Shown: positions 1 to 9,165 of the stretch, in pieces
Numbering within the stretch: position 1 is the stretch's first letter
Layout of the letters: every line of letters starts with the position of its first letter
From: an uncultured Chloroflexia bacterium
Lineage (GTDB): Bacteria; Chloroflexota; Limnocylindria; Limnocylindrales; CSP1-4
Direction of reading: 5' to 3'
NCBI GenBank assembly: GCA_963763775.1
Contig: CAVXPZ010000001.1
Location: 704,001-768,000, forward strand
DNA length: 64,000 bases
Notes under the pieces: model-generated
Told to the model about the DNA's origin: nothing
Seen by the model: only the letters and a program-made list of their open reading frames with translations
Database searches by the model: none
Position numbers and translations under genes: made by a program

Positions 1-115
1 GCCCGTGCGTGGCGACGAGGTCCTCGAACCCCTCGAGGACGTCCGCGCGGAGGCCATGCCACGTCGCGTGATCCGGCAGGACCGTCCTCGGGACGACCAG
101 CACGAGCTCATCCAT
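1..115 (-). CDS. 5' part of a probable NUDIX-fold phosphoesterase (YmaB/COG4112-like), runs off the window
   Basis: ATG at 115 overlaps the tyrA end. Manual translation MDELVLVVPRTVLPDHATWHGLRAD resembles the 'E.VLVVPR' N-terminus of this family. Confidence 0.5.
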   Translation of the reverse strand, partial: MDELVLVVPRTVLPDHATWHGLRADVLEGFEDLVATHG

Positions 116-1004
116 CGGTCGGCGGCTCGAGCCGTGCGCGCGCCGACCGGAGTCGTGCCTCGATCGCGCCCTCGTCCGGCCCACCGGGCCGCTCCAGGGC
201 CTCGAGCCACGAGTCGATGGCATCGCGCAGGTCATGCAGTCGCGCGGCGATCGCAGGCGCGTTCGTCGCAGCGATCGCGGCGCCCATCGCCGGGTCACCG
301 CGCGCGACCCGGGTCATGTCGCGCCACGAGCCCGCCGCGAGGGCTGCGGCGTCCGGCCAGTCGTCACGCGCGGGTCCGTGCGGGGCCCCGGCGACGGCCT
401 CCACGAGCGCGGCCGAGAGGACGAGCGGGAGATGGCTGATCCCGGCCACGGCCGCGTCGTGCGCCGCGGCGGTCATCACGACCGGGCGAGCCCCGCAGGC
501 CTCGGCGAGGGCGGTGACGGCCGCCACCGCGGCCGCGTCGCCGATCGCGGCGGCGTCGCCGGGGACCACGACCCACGGCCGTCCCTCGAACAGTCCGGGC
601 ACGGCGGCGTCATAGCCCGAGGTCTCCAGACCGGCCATCGGATGCCCGCCCACGTAGCGGAGCCCGAGCGACCGCGCACGGTCGAGCACGGCGGCTTTCG
701 TACTCGCGACGTCGGTCACGACCGCGCCCGGTCGCATCGCCGTCGCCCACGGCCCCGCCAGCTGGTCGAGCAGCCCGAGACACTCGGTTGCCGGCGCAGC
801 CAGCACGATCAGGTCCGCGTCGGCGATCGCCGCCGCCGGTCGGTCCGCGGCGACCGCGATGACCCCCTCCGCGAGGGCAGCGGCCGGACCGTGGCCCGAG
901 GGGCTCCAGGCCGTGACCTGCCACGACCGCGACGTCGGGCCTTGGTGCAGGGCGCGCGCGACCGACCCGCCGATGAGGCCGAAGCCGAGGATCGCGACGC
1001 GCAC
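108..1004 (-). CDS. tyrA: prephenate/arogenate dehydrogenase
   Basis: Rossmann GFGLIGGS, DVASTK, GGHPMAG, HD..VAGISHLP and RDMTRVA motifs. Confidence 0.92.
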   Translation of the reverse strand: MRVAILGFGLIGGSVARALHQGPTSRSWQVTAWSPSGHGPAAALAEGVIAVAADRPAAAIADADLIVLAAPATECLGLLDQLAGPWATAMRPGAVVTDVASTKAAVLDRARSLGLRYVGGHPMAGLETSGYDAAVPGLFEGRPWVVVPGDAAAIGDAAAVAAVTALAEACGARPVVMTAAAHDAAVAGISHLPLVLSAALVEAVAGAPHGPARDDWPDAAALAAGSWRDMTRVARGDPAMGAAIAATNAPAIAARLHDLRDAIDSWLEALERPGGPDEGAIEARLRSARARLEPPTDG

Positions 1005-1036
1005 GAGCGGTCCGGCCGTCGGGCCGGGCGACCCGG

Positions 1037-1327
1037 TCAGTCGACCCAGCCGGCGCTGCCGCCGCCTGGGCTGCCGGACGAGCCGCCGCCGCCCCGGCGG
1101 CGATGCTGGCGCCGATCGCCGATGCGTCGCTCGCCCTCGATGTCTGGCGGGCCGGGGTCATCCGGCGGGTTCTGCCGCCGGTGGTGCAGTCGCCGGTCGG
1201 TGTCGCGGCGTTCCTCGTTGAGCGACGCGCCGCAGCGGGGGCATCGACGCTCCTCCGAGAAGAGCGACTCGAGGGGCGCGACGGTGTAGATCTGCCGGCC
1301 GCATGCCCGGCACGCGAGTCTCGGCAT
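1037..1327 (-). CDS. small zinc-ribbon protein with Arg-rich ERR/DRR repeats
   Basis: CRAC...CPRC; start overlaps the trpB2 stop (TGATG); tail EERRDTDRR..GERRIGDRR. Confidence 0.7.
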   Translation of the reverse strand: MPRLACRACGRQIYTVAPLESLFSEERRCPRCGASLNEERRDTDRRLHHRRQNPPDDPGPPDIEGERRIGDRRQHRRRGGGGSSGSPGGGSAGWVD

Positions 1328-2697
1328 CAGATGACCGGCAACGAGGCCAAGGCTGCCTCGACCTTTTCCGCCGGGTACTCGTAGTCCTCGAGGTCACCGG
1401 ACAGGTATCGCTCATACGAGGCGAGGTCGAAGTGGCCGTGCCCGCAGAGGTTGAACAGGATCACCCGGGCCTCGCCGGCCTCGCGGGCTTCGAGGGCCTC
1501 GTCCATCGCCACGCGGATCGCGTGGGTCGGCTCGGGCGCCGGCAGGATCCCCTCGGCCCGGGCGAACCGGACGCCCGCCTCGAAGCTGGCGCGCTGGTGG
1601 ACGCTTCGGGCCTCGATGTCGCCGTGCTCCTTGAGGAGGCTGACGAGGGGCGACATCCCGTGATAGCGGAGCCCGCCGGCGTGGATCGGGTCCGGGATGA
1701 AGTCCGCGCCGAGGGTGTGCATCTTCACGATCGGCGCCATCTTGCCGGTGTCGCCGAAGTCGTACGCGTACACGCCGCGGGTCAGGCTCGGCGCGGCCTC
1801 GGGCTCCACCGCGATGATCCGGTGCTTGGCGCCCTCGCGGAAGTTGCGGCCGAGGAAGGGGAACGTGAGCCCGGCGAAGTTGGATCCCCCGCCGGCGCAG
1901 CCGATGATCACGTCGGGCGACTCGCCGGCCATCCCCATCTGCTCGATGGCCTCCTGGCCGATGACCGTCTGATGCAGCAGGACGTGGTTGAGCACGCTCC
2001 CGAGCGCGTACTTCGTGTCGTCGCGGGTCGCGGCGTCCTCGACCGCCTCGCTGATGGCCATCCCCAGCGAGCCCGGGCTGTCCGGCGTCTCGGCGAGCAC
2101 CGAGCGGCCGTAGTTCGTCGTCAGCGACGGACTGGCGACGACCTGCGCGCCATACGTCTCCATGAGGATCCGCCGGTACGGCTTCTGGTCGTAGCTGGCC
2201 CTGACCATGTAGACCTTGACCTCGAGGCCGAACAGCGCCCCGGCGAAGGCCATGGCACTCCCCCACTGGCCGGCGCCGGTCTCGGTCGCGATCCGCTTCA
2301 CGCCTTCCTGCTGGTTGTAGAAGGCCTGCGGGATCGCGGTGTTGGGCTTGTGGCTGCCGGCCGGGCTCACGCCCTCGTACTTGTAGTAGATGTGGGCCGG
2401 CGTATCGAGCGCGCGCTCGAGTCGATGTGCCCGGTAGAGCGGGCTCGGCCGGTACAGGCGGTAGGCGTCGCGCACCGGCTCCGGGATCTCGATCTCGCGC
2501 TCGGCCGAGACCTCCTGGCCGATGAGGGCCATCGGGAACAGCGGCGCGAGATCGTCGGGGCCGAGGGGCTGGTGCGTGGCCGGGTGGAGCGGGGGCGACG
2601 GCGGGACCGGGAGGTCGGCGGCGATGTTGTACCAGCTCCGCGGGATCCGCAATTCATCGAGGACGAACTTCGTCTGACGCGGGTCCACTGGCGACAT
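1327..2697 (-). CDS. trpB2: TrpB2-type tryptophan synthase beta-like PLP enzyme
   Basis: GSHKPN (PLP Lys), [30 protein letters not shown]; AGGAGG RBS before ATG 2697. Confidence 0.93.
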   Translation of the reverse strand: MSPVDPRQTKFVLDELRIPRSWYNIAADLPVPPSPPLHPATHQPLGPDDLAPLFPMALIGQEVSAEREIEIPEPVRDAYRLYRPSPLYRAHRLERALDTPAHIYYKYEGVSPAGSHKPNTAIPQAFYNQQEGVKRIATETGAGQWGSAMAFAGALFGLEVKVYMVRASYDQKPYRRILMETYGAQVVASPSLTTNYGRSVLAETPDSPGSLGMAISEAVEDAATRDDTKYALGSVLNHVLLHQTVIGQEAIEQMGMAGESPDVIIGCAGGGSNFAGLTFPFLGRNFREGAKHRIIAVEPEAAPSLTRGVYAYDFGDTGKMAPIVKMHTLGADFIPDPIHAGGLRYHGMSPLVSLLKEHGDIEARSVHQRASFEAGVRFARAEGILPAPEPTHAIRVAMDEALEAREAGEARVILFNLCGHGHFDLASYERYLSGDLEDYEYPAEKVEAALASLPVI

Positions 2698-2822
2698 CTT
2701 GCCCCTCCTGACCGGGCCTGCGGCGCACGGGAGGCGCACCACACCGGGGACGCGAGCCTAGCGCGCCCGACGGCCGGTGCGCAACCGGTGCGCGCCACGG
2801 CTCCGAGGACGCCACGCACCGG

Positions 2823-3443
2823 TCATCCCAGGGGCTGTAGCTCCAACGGCTCGTAGCGGGCCGGGCCACCACCGGTCAGGCTCTCGAACACCCCGATCCG
2901 GTCCACCGTGGCCGCGAGACTGAGGTCGGCCGCCGCCTCGATGAGGCTGTCCGCGATCGCCGCGCCGGCGGGCACGCCGTCGGACCGGGCGAGGGTCAGA
3001 TGGGCCCGATACGGCCGCGTCTCGGGCGGCCATCCGGCCGCGACGAGGGCCGCGTCGGTCGTCGCGGCGGCGTCGGCCAGCGCGGTCGCCCCGTCGCGCA
3101 CGCCGAGCCAGAGGGCCCGCGGCCGACGGCCTTCCGGAAAGGACCCGGCACCGCCGAGCACGAGGTCGAACGGCGCGATCTCGGTCGCGGCCTTCCGGAT
3201 GGCCTCCAGCGTGGGCTCGATCCGGTCGTCGAGCGTCGGGCCGAGGAACCGGAGGGTCAGGTGCAGGCCGTCGAGACGCACCCAGCGGACGTCCCGCCCA
3301 CCTCCGGGCACGCCGAGCGAGCGGACGCGCTCCACGAGGTCGGTGACGGCCGCGACGGTCGCCGCGGGCAGTGGCACGGCGACGAAGATCCGCCGCCCGG
3401 GCAGGTCCTTGCCGGGCCAGGTCCGCTCACGCGGGCCGGTCAT
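2823..3443 (-). CDS. thpR: RNA 2',3'-cyclic phosphodiesterase (2H family, LigT-like)
   Basis: RIFVAV N-terminus, two HLTL motifs, PRALWLG; ATGA overlap with the ppa stop. Confidence 0.9.
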   Translation of the reverse strand: MTGPRERTWPGKDLPGRRIFVAVPLPAATVAAVTDLVERVRSLGVPGGGRDVRWVRLDGLHLTLRFLGPTLDDRIEPTLEAIRKAATEIAPFDLVLGGAGSFPEGRRPRALWLGVRDGATALADAAATTDAALVAAGWPPETRPYRAHLTLARSDGVPAGAAIADSLIEAAADLSLAATVDRIGVFESLTGGGPARYEPLELQPLG

Positions 3444-3964
3444 CGGGAGCCGGTCTGGCCCGTCTCGCGCTCCCAGAGCTCGCGATCGGCGCTCAGGACC
3501 TCGAGGGCGCGATCGCGCTCGCGCCAGCCGCGCATCTTGACGGTCTTGTCCTCGAGGGCCTTGTACGTCTGGAAGAAGTGCTCGATCTCGACCAGCCGAT
3601 GCGGCCGGACCTGCTCGAGCCGTTCGATGTGCTGCTGGTGGGCGTCGCCGATCGCGACGCACAGGACCTTGAAGTCGAAGCCCTTCTCGTCGCGCATCTC
3701 GAGCCCGCCGATGGGGCGCGCCCAGACGTGACACCCGGTGAAGGTGGGCTCGTCGATGATCAGCAGGGCGTCGGTGTGGTCGCCGTCGCCGGCGCGCGTG
3801 CCCTCGATGAACCCGTAGTCGAAGTTGTAGAAGACGGCGCTCGAGAGGACCCGGTCCAGCCGGTAGACGCCGGCCTCCTCGTCGTACTCGTACTTGTTGC
3901 GGGACCCACGCGGGATCTCGACCACGATCTCGACGACGTCAGGGAATGCCCCGGGACTCTTCAT
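3440..3964 (-). CDS. ppa: family I inorganic pyrophosphatase
   Basis: VEIPRGSRNKYEYD, LDRVL, YGFI, DGDHTD, FFQTYKALE. Confidence 0.93.
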   Translation of the reverse strand: MKSPGAFPDVVEIVVEIPRGSRNKYEYDEEAGVYRLDRVLSSAVFYNFDYGFIEGTRAGDGDHTDALLIIDEPTFTGCHVWARPIGGLEMRDEKGFDFKVLCVAIGDAHQQHIERLEQVRPHRLVEIEHFFQTYKALEDKTVKMRGWRERDRALEVLSADRELWERETGQTGSR

Positions 3965-4013
3965 GCCCGAATGCTACCCGAGGCGGGGGCAGAAGCCAGA
4001 CGTTGAGAGCGAA

Positions 4014-4133
4014 GCCGGCGTTCAGCCGCCGTCAGCGCAAGGCGGAGGCGAGCTCACGAGCGAGCGCACTCGACGGTGCGTGAGCGAGCGAGCGCAGCCG
4101 ACAACGCCGCGATGGCGGCGGATCAGCGCCGGC
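4014..4133. repeat. long imperfect hairpin, REP/MITE-like element
   Basis: Nested inverted repeats gccggcg/cgccggc, gccgccgtc/gatggcggc and gcgcact/ggtgcgt with GAGCG units. Confidence 0.65.
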
Positions 4134-5227
4134 TAATCGTTGTAGAGACGCTCCTCGATGAGCTTCTCCTGCACCGTCCGACCGTTCGGGTCGAAGCAGG
4201 AGAACTCGAAGTGCTTCTCGTACTCGAGGTCCACGTTGTCCTGGCCGCCACGGTTCTTCTCGACCGACACGATGACCCAGTCGCGGAACCGCTGCGCCTG
4301 GTACGGGTTGAACTCGATGTTGACCTTGGCGACGATGTGGTACTTCTCGTTGAGGATGACGATGATGTCGGCCTCGTAGTTGATCGCCGAGCTGCCGCGC
4401 AGGTGGAAGTTGCGCAGGCGCGAGGCCTTCAGGCCCTCCTTGTCGGCGGCCACGATGCTGACCATCGGCACGTCCTCGGCCAGCGCGATGTCCTTGAGGC
4501 CGTTGACGATGTACGTGACCTTCTCGGTCTCGTTCTCGGGCTCCGGGATCTGCGGCACCTTCTGCATGTAGTCCACGAAGACGACCAGCCGCCGGTCGCC
4601 CGACAGCACGCGGTGCTGCTGGACCAGGGTCCGGATGTTCTCGATCGTGCTCGCCGTCTGCGACCCGCGGAGCAGGAACAGGTTCTGCCCGTAGCGGGCG
4701 ATGCGGTCGAGCGAGGGGCGCAGCCGCGGGTTGTTCGCGAGCTGGGCTCCCGTGCCGCCGCCGCCGCCGTCGGCCATCCACGTGCCCAGGATCTCCTTGC
4801 GGACGTCGACGATCTTGATCGCGCCGGTCTTGTGCGGGAGGTGGGCCAGGGCGGATTCCATGGCGATGAGCCGGTTGAGCAGGTACGGCTCGTCGTGCTC
4901 GAAGCAGATGTACAGGACGTTCGCCTGGCCGCCGGACGCGATGTTGCGCGCCATCTGGAGGGCCATCGTCGTCTTGCCCGTGCCCTGCGCCCCGCCGATC
5001 AGCAGGAGCTCGCCGGCCCGCAGGCCGCCGCCGATCGTCTTGTCGAGCGGGGTGAACCCGAGCGGGACCGGCTGGTACTCCCCGACCTGTCCGCCGACGA
5101 CCTTCTCGTTGAGGTCGACGAGGACGTCGAGAGCCGATCGCGGCGCCATGCTGCCGTTCGCGGTGTCGAGTCGCCAGGACGCCGGCGCAGCGGCTTTCGG
5201 CTTCGTATCGGTAGCTTCGGTGCTCAC
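4133..5227 (-). CDS. stand-alone DnaB C-terminal-like (SF4/RecA-fold) ATPase
   Basis: Walker A GAQGTGKTT, VFVDYMQ, LRGSSAINYEADII, EKNRGG; GGAGG RBS before GTG 5227. Confidence 0.82.
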   Translation of the reverse strand: MSTEATDTKPKAAAPASWRLDTANGSMAPRSALDVLVDLNEKVVGGQVGEYQPVPLGFTPLDKTIGGGLRAGELLLIGGAQGTGKTTMALQMARNIASGGQANVLYICFEHDEPYLLNRLIAMESALAHLPHKTGAIKIVDVRKEILGTWMADGGGGGTGAQLANNPRLRPSLDRIARYGQNLFLLRGSQTASTIENIRTLVQQHRVLSGDRRLVVFVDYMQKVPQIPEPENETEKVTYIVNGLKDIALAEDVPMVSIVAADKEGLKASRLRNFHLRGSSAINYEADIIVILNEKYHIVAKVNIEFNPYQAQRFRDWVIVSVEKNRGGQDNVDLEYEKHFEFSCFDPNGRTVQEKLIEERLYND

Positions 5228-5396
5228 GTCGGCGCGGACCTCCCCGGGTGGTGCGGTGACGCAAAGGGTAGCACCCGGATAGGCCCGAATCACCCACCCG
5301 GACCCCCCGGAACCGCACAGGGTGGTGCGAACCGCGGCGGCCCGCGCACCGGCGGCGCGGCCGGGGCCGCTGGCTCAGGGCGGCCGGGCCGCTGGC

Positions 5397-6782
5397 TCAG
5401 CGCGGCAGGGCGGCGATCTCGTCCCAGGTCCGCACGATGGCGCGGATCGCGGATTCGTAGTTGCGCAGGTCCATCCACTCGTCCGGCGCGTGGGCGTTGT
5501 CGTTCGGCTGGACGAAGCCGAGCAGGACGACCGGCAGCCCCAGGACAGACTCGAAACTCGCCGTCACCGGGATGCTGCCGCCCTCCCGGATGAAGACGGG
5601 GGCTCGTCCGAACGTGGCCTCGAGGGCCCGGGCGGCGGCCTGCGTCGCCGGGTGGTCGATGGGGGTCAGGCTGGCTCGGCCGCCGCCGAGGGAGGTGACG
5701 GTCGTCGTCACGCCGGGCGGGGCGATCGCCTCGACATACGCGCGGAACGCCTCGAAGATCCGGTCCGGGTCCTGGTCCGGGACGAGCCGGCAGCTGATCT
5801 TGGCGTGGGCCCGGGCCGGGATGATGGTCTTGGCCCCGTCGCCCTGGAACCCGCCCCAGATCCCGTTCACGTCGAGAGTCGGCCGGCCGCCTCGGCGCTC
5901 GAGCACCTCGTACCCCACCTCGCCGACGAGCGATGGGACGCCGATGGTGGCCGCGTGCGCCGCCTCGTCGAAGGGCAGGGCCGCGAACGCCGCGCGGTCG
6001 GCCTCGGTGAGCGCGATGACGTCGTCGTAGAAGCCCGGGATGAGGACCCGGCCGTCGGGCCCCTTGAGCCCGGCGATGATCCTGGCCAGGGCATTGGCCG
6101 GATTCTCGACGACGCCGCCGAACCCGCCCGAGTGCAGGTCCACCGTGCTCCCGACGACGTCGATCTGGGCATACATCAGCCCGCGAAGGCCGATCGTGAT
6201 CGCCGGCAGGTTGCCCTCGAAGAAGCCCGTGTCGCTGATCACCGCCACATCGGCGGTCAGCCGCTCACGATTGGCCTCGAGCCAGCGCTCCAGGTGGATC
6301 GAGCTGGATTCCTCCTCGCCCTCGAAGAGGTACTTCACGTTCACCGGGAACGCCCCGCGGGTCGCCATGAGCGCGGCCGCGGCCATCACGTGGGCGTGGA
6401 TCTGGCCCTTGTCGTCGGCAGAGCCGCGCCCCAGCATCCGGTCGCCGTCGATGACCGGCTCGAACGGCGGCGTGGTCCACTCGTCGAGCGGATCCACCGG
6501 CTGGACGTCGTAGTGGCCGTAGACGAGCACCGTCGGGGCGTCCGCGGCATGGAGCCAGTCGCCGTAGACGACGGGATGCCCGCCGGTCTCGGCGACCTCG
6601 ACGTGCTCGACGCCCGCCGTCCGCAGCGCGTCGGCGAGCCAGCCGGCCGCGCGACGGCAGTCCTCCGCGTGCGCGGGGAGCGCGGAGATGCTCGGGATCC
6701 GCAGGAACGCCTGGTACGAGGCGATCCGCTCGTCATGGGTCGCGTCGAGGTGGGCGTCGAGGGCGGCGTACGGCTCGGTCAT
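5397..6782 (-). CDS. M20 family dipeptidase
   Basis: YGHYDVQP, GRGSADDKG, EGEEE, DLHSG, GGSIP, HAPDE. Confidence 0.92.
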   Translation of the reverse strand: MTEPYAALDAHLDATHDERIASYQAFLRIPSISALPAHAEDCRRAAGWLADALRTAGVEHVEVAETGGHPVVYGDWLHAADAPTVLVYGHYDVQPVDPLDEWTTPPFEPVIDGDRMLGRGSADDKGQIHAHVMAAAALMATRGAFPVNVKYLFEGEEESSSIHLERWLEANRERLTADVAVISDTGFFEGNLPAITIGLRGLMYAQIDVVGSTVDLHSGGFGGVVENPANALARIIAGLKGPDGRVLIPGFYDDVIALTEADRAAFAALPFDEAAHAATIGVPSLVGEVGYEVLERRGGRPTLDVNGIWGGFQGDGAKTIIPARAHAKISCRLVPDQDPDRIFEAFRAYVEAIAPPGVTTTVTSLGGGRASLTPIDHPATQAAARALEATFGRAPVFIREGGSIPVTASFESVLGLPVVLLGFVQPNDNAHAPDEWMDLRNYESAIRAIVRTWDEIAALPR

Positions 6783-6884
6783 GGGTCCTCGGGGTGGCGT
6801 CTGTTCGGATGGGTGGTCATTGTAGGTTTCCCCACCGAGTACGATGGCGCACCTGGGCGTCCGAGCCCCATACGAGGAGCGTGC

Positions 6885-9101
6885 GTGGACATCGCGGCGG
6901 GTGACCCCAAGCATCTGGGCAGCGCCCAGGTCCCGAGCTGGCTGAACCGGCTGGCGGCGATCGGGTGGCGCGTCCTCGTGACGGTCGCGCTCGGCATCGT
7001 CATCTTCGGGCTGGCGGTCTACCTCTCGACCGTCACCCTGTCCATCCTCTTCGGGGTGATCGCGGTCGCGACGCTCGGCCCGCTGCAGGAGCGGCTCCTC
7101 GCGCGCGGCTGGGGTCGCGCCAAGGCGTCGGCCAGCGCGCTGCTCATCGCCGTGGCCGTCGTGATCGTGGCGCTCGTGCTCATCCTCCTGGCCGTGGTGC
7201 CGTCGCTCGTCGAGCTGGCGCAGAACGTCCAGGCGGGCGTGGCCAGGCTCGACGCCGACATGTCGACGAACGGGTTCCCGTCCCAGCTCGCGACGACGAT
7301 CGACACGGTGGTCGGACAGGTCCAGGCCTGGGTCGGGGCCGAGGCCACGTCCCTGGTCAGCGCGATCGCGAGCATCGCAACCATCGTCATGCTCGGCCTG
7401 TTCCTCACGTTCTACTTCCTGCTCGACGGCCAGAAGGGCTGGGACGTCGGCTTGCGGGACCTGCGCGAGTGGCGACAGGTCCGGATCCGCACCGCCGGCG
7501 ACGACGCGATGCGCCGGGCCGGCGGGTACATCCGCGGCACCGCGATGATCGCCTCGGTCGACGCCGTGGCCGCCTTCGTCTTCCTGACCGTCCTCGGCGT
7601 GCCGCTCGCCGGGCCCTTGGCCGCCATCGTCCTCGTGGCGGGCTTCGTCCCGTACATCGGCGGCGTCTTCGCGAGCGCCGTGGTCGTGCTCTCCGGGTAC
7701 GCCAGCGGCGGATTCACGACGGCCCTGATCCTGGTCGGCCTGATCCTGGTGATGAACATCGCCGAGCACCGCTTCCTCGGCCCGTCGGTCTACGGGCGGA
7801 CCCTCGACCTGCATCCCGCCGTGGTCCTCATCGCCCTGCTCGTCGGCTTCACGATGGGCGGCATCGTCGGGATGTTCGTGGCCGTCCCGACGTTCGCCGT
7901 CATCACCGAGGTGTCCGGGGCCATCATCGACGCCCTCGGCGAGCGCGACGCCGATGAGAAGGCCCTGCAAGCCGCCGACATCCCGGATTGGCTCGACCGG
8001 CTCGCGCAATGGAGCTGGCGGCTCCTCGTGGGCGGGGCGTTCATCCTCCTGTTCGTGGTGATCGCCGGGCAGATCCCGGCCGTCATCGGGCCGATCGTCG
8101 TCGCCATCACCCTGGCGGCGACGTTCCTGCCGGCCGCCCGGATCCTCGAGGAGCGACGCGGCTGGTCGCGTGCCCGGGCTTCGCTCGTCATCAGCATCGT
8201 GCTCTGGGTGACCGTCGCGATCGTCACGATCCTGTCGGTCGGAGCCCTCGTCGGCCCGGCGGTCGACTCGGTCCAGGGGTCGATCACGGCCGCGCAGACC
8301 GGGGCCACGACCGGCGGCGGGTCCCTGCCGACCGACGTGTCCGGCACGGTCTCGAGCCTCTCGAACGCCGTCGGGAGCGGGGTCCTCTCAGCGCTCGCCT
8401 CCCTCGTCTCGAGCATCGCCTTCTTCGTCCTGTTCCTGATCCTCTCGGCGCTCATGGCGTACTTCCTGTTGCGCGATGGCAGCAAGGCCTGGGCCTGGAT
8501 GACGGGGCGGATCGGCGGGTGGCGCGAGCGGGAGATCCGGGCCGCCGGGGATCGCGCCGTGGTGATGCTCGGTGGCTACATGATCGCGACGGGCGTGCTC
8601 GGCGCCTTCAACGCCGTCACGGGCTTCGTGATCATGACGCTGCTGGGGATCCCCTTCGCCCTGCCGGTCGCGGTGCTGTCCTTCTTCGGGGGGTTCATCC
8701 CGTACATCGGCCAGTTCGTGACGAGCGCGATCGCGTTCCTCATCACGGTCGCCTTCGGCACGACCCAGGACATCATCTTCATGGCGCTGTGGACGGCGGT
8801 CTTCAACATCGTCCAGGGCAGCGTCATCGCGCCGCTCGTGTACGGCCGCGCGGTCAGCCTCCACCCGGCGGTCGTGCTGATCGTCATCCCCGCCGGCTTC
8901 ACGCTCGCCGGCGTCCTCGGGATGTTCCTCGCGGTGCCGGTCGTCGGCATCGCCGGCGCCGTCTGGCGGCACGTCCTCGCGGCGATCGGCGAGATCCCGC
9001 CCAGCCTGCCGGATCCAGAGGCCGATGCCACCCCGACCACCGACGGCCCGGCGCCGTCGGTCGGCCTTCCCGCCGCCCCGCCCGACGCGGCCCTGACATA
9101 G
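6885..9101 (+). CDS. AI-2E (PerM/TqsA) family transporter with two fused domains
   Basis: Two repeats carrying GF(V/I)PYIG and YGR..xLHPAVVL; GAGGAG RBS before GTG 6885. Confidence 0.85.
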   Translation: MDIAAGDPKHLGSAQVPSWLNRLAAIGWRVLVTVALGIVIFGLAVYLSTVTLSILFGVIAVATLGPLQERLLARGWGRAKASASALLIAVAVVIVALVLILLAVVPSLVELAQNVQAGVARLDADMSTNGFPSQLATTIDTVVGQVQAWVGAEATSLVSAIASIATIVMLGLFLTFYFLLDGQKGWDVGLRDLREWRQVRIRTAGDDAMRRAGGYIRGTAMIASVDAVAAFVFLTVLGVPLAGPLAAIVLVAGFVPYIGGVFASAVVVLSGYASGGFTTALILVGLILVMNIAEHRFLGPSVYGRTLDLHPAVVLIALLVGFTMGGIVGMFVAVPTFAVITEVSGAIIDALGERDADEKALQAADIPDWLDRLAQWSWRLLVGGAFILLFVVIAGQIPAVIGPIVVAITLAATFLPAARILEERRGWSRARASLVISIVLWVTVAIVTILSVGALVGPAVDSVQGSITAAQTGATTGGGSLPTDVSGTVSSLSNAVGSGVLSALASLVSSIAFFVLFLILSALMAYFLLRDGSKAWAWMTGRIGGWREREIRAAGDRAVVMLGGYMIATGVLGAFNAVTGFVIMTLLGIPFALPVAVLSFFGGFIPYIGQFVTSAIAFLITVAFGTTQDIIFMALWTAVFNIVQGSVIAPLVYGRAVSLHPAVVLIVIPAGFTLAGVLGMFLAVPVVGIAGAVWRHVLAAIGEIPPSLPDPEADATPTTDGPAPSVGLPAAPPDAALT

Positions 9102-9102
9102 G

Positions 9103-9130
9103 ACGAGCGGGCCGTCGCCGGCCCGCTCGT
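9103..9130. terminator. hairpin between convergent AI-2E and ftsH genes
   Basis: 12-bp perfect stem acgagcgggccg/cggcccgctcgt with a 4-nt loop. Confidence 0.6.
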
Positions 9131-9165
9131 GGTTCGCGTCAGAAGGCGGATCGCCCGCCGGGTTT

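Noticed and set aside
5250-5295. GACGCAAAG resembling a c-di-GMP-I riboswitch core
   Set aside because: Wrong strand for the adjacent gene, lacks the P1 GGCAAA/GNRA elements, and overlaps a TACCCT -10 box.
5357-5400. ~22-bp tandem duplication gcggccgg(g)gccgctggctcag
   Set aside because: Two copies only at a gene end; likely local slippage with no evidence of function.
5322-6884. Apparent 520-aa N-terminal extension of the AI-2E ORF, and the reciprocal extension of the M20 ORF to 8009
   Set aside because: Each is antisense to the other real gene; RBS and divergent promoters lie at 6783-6884.
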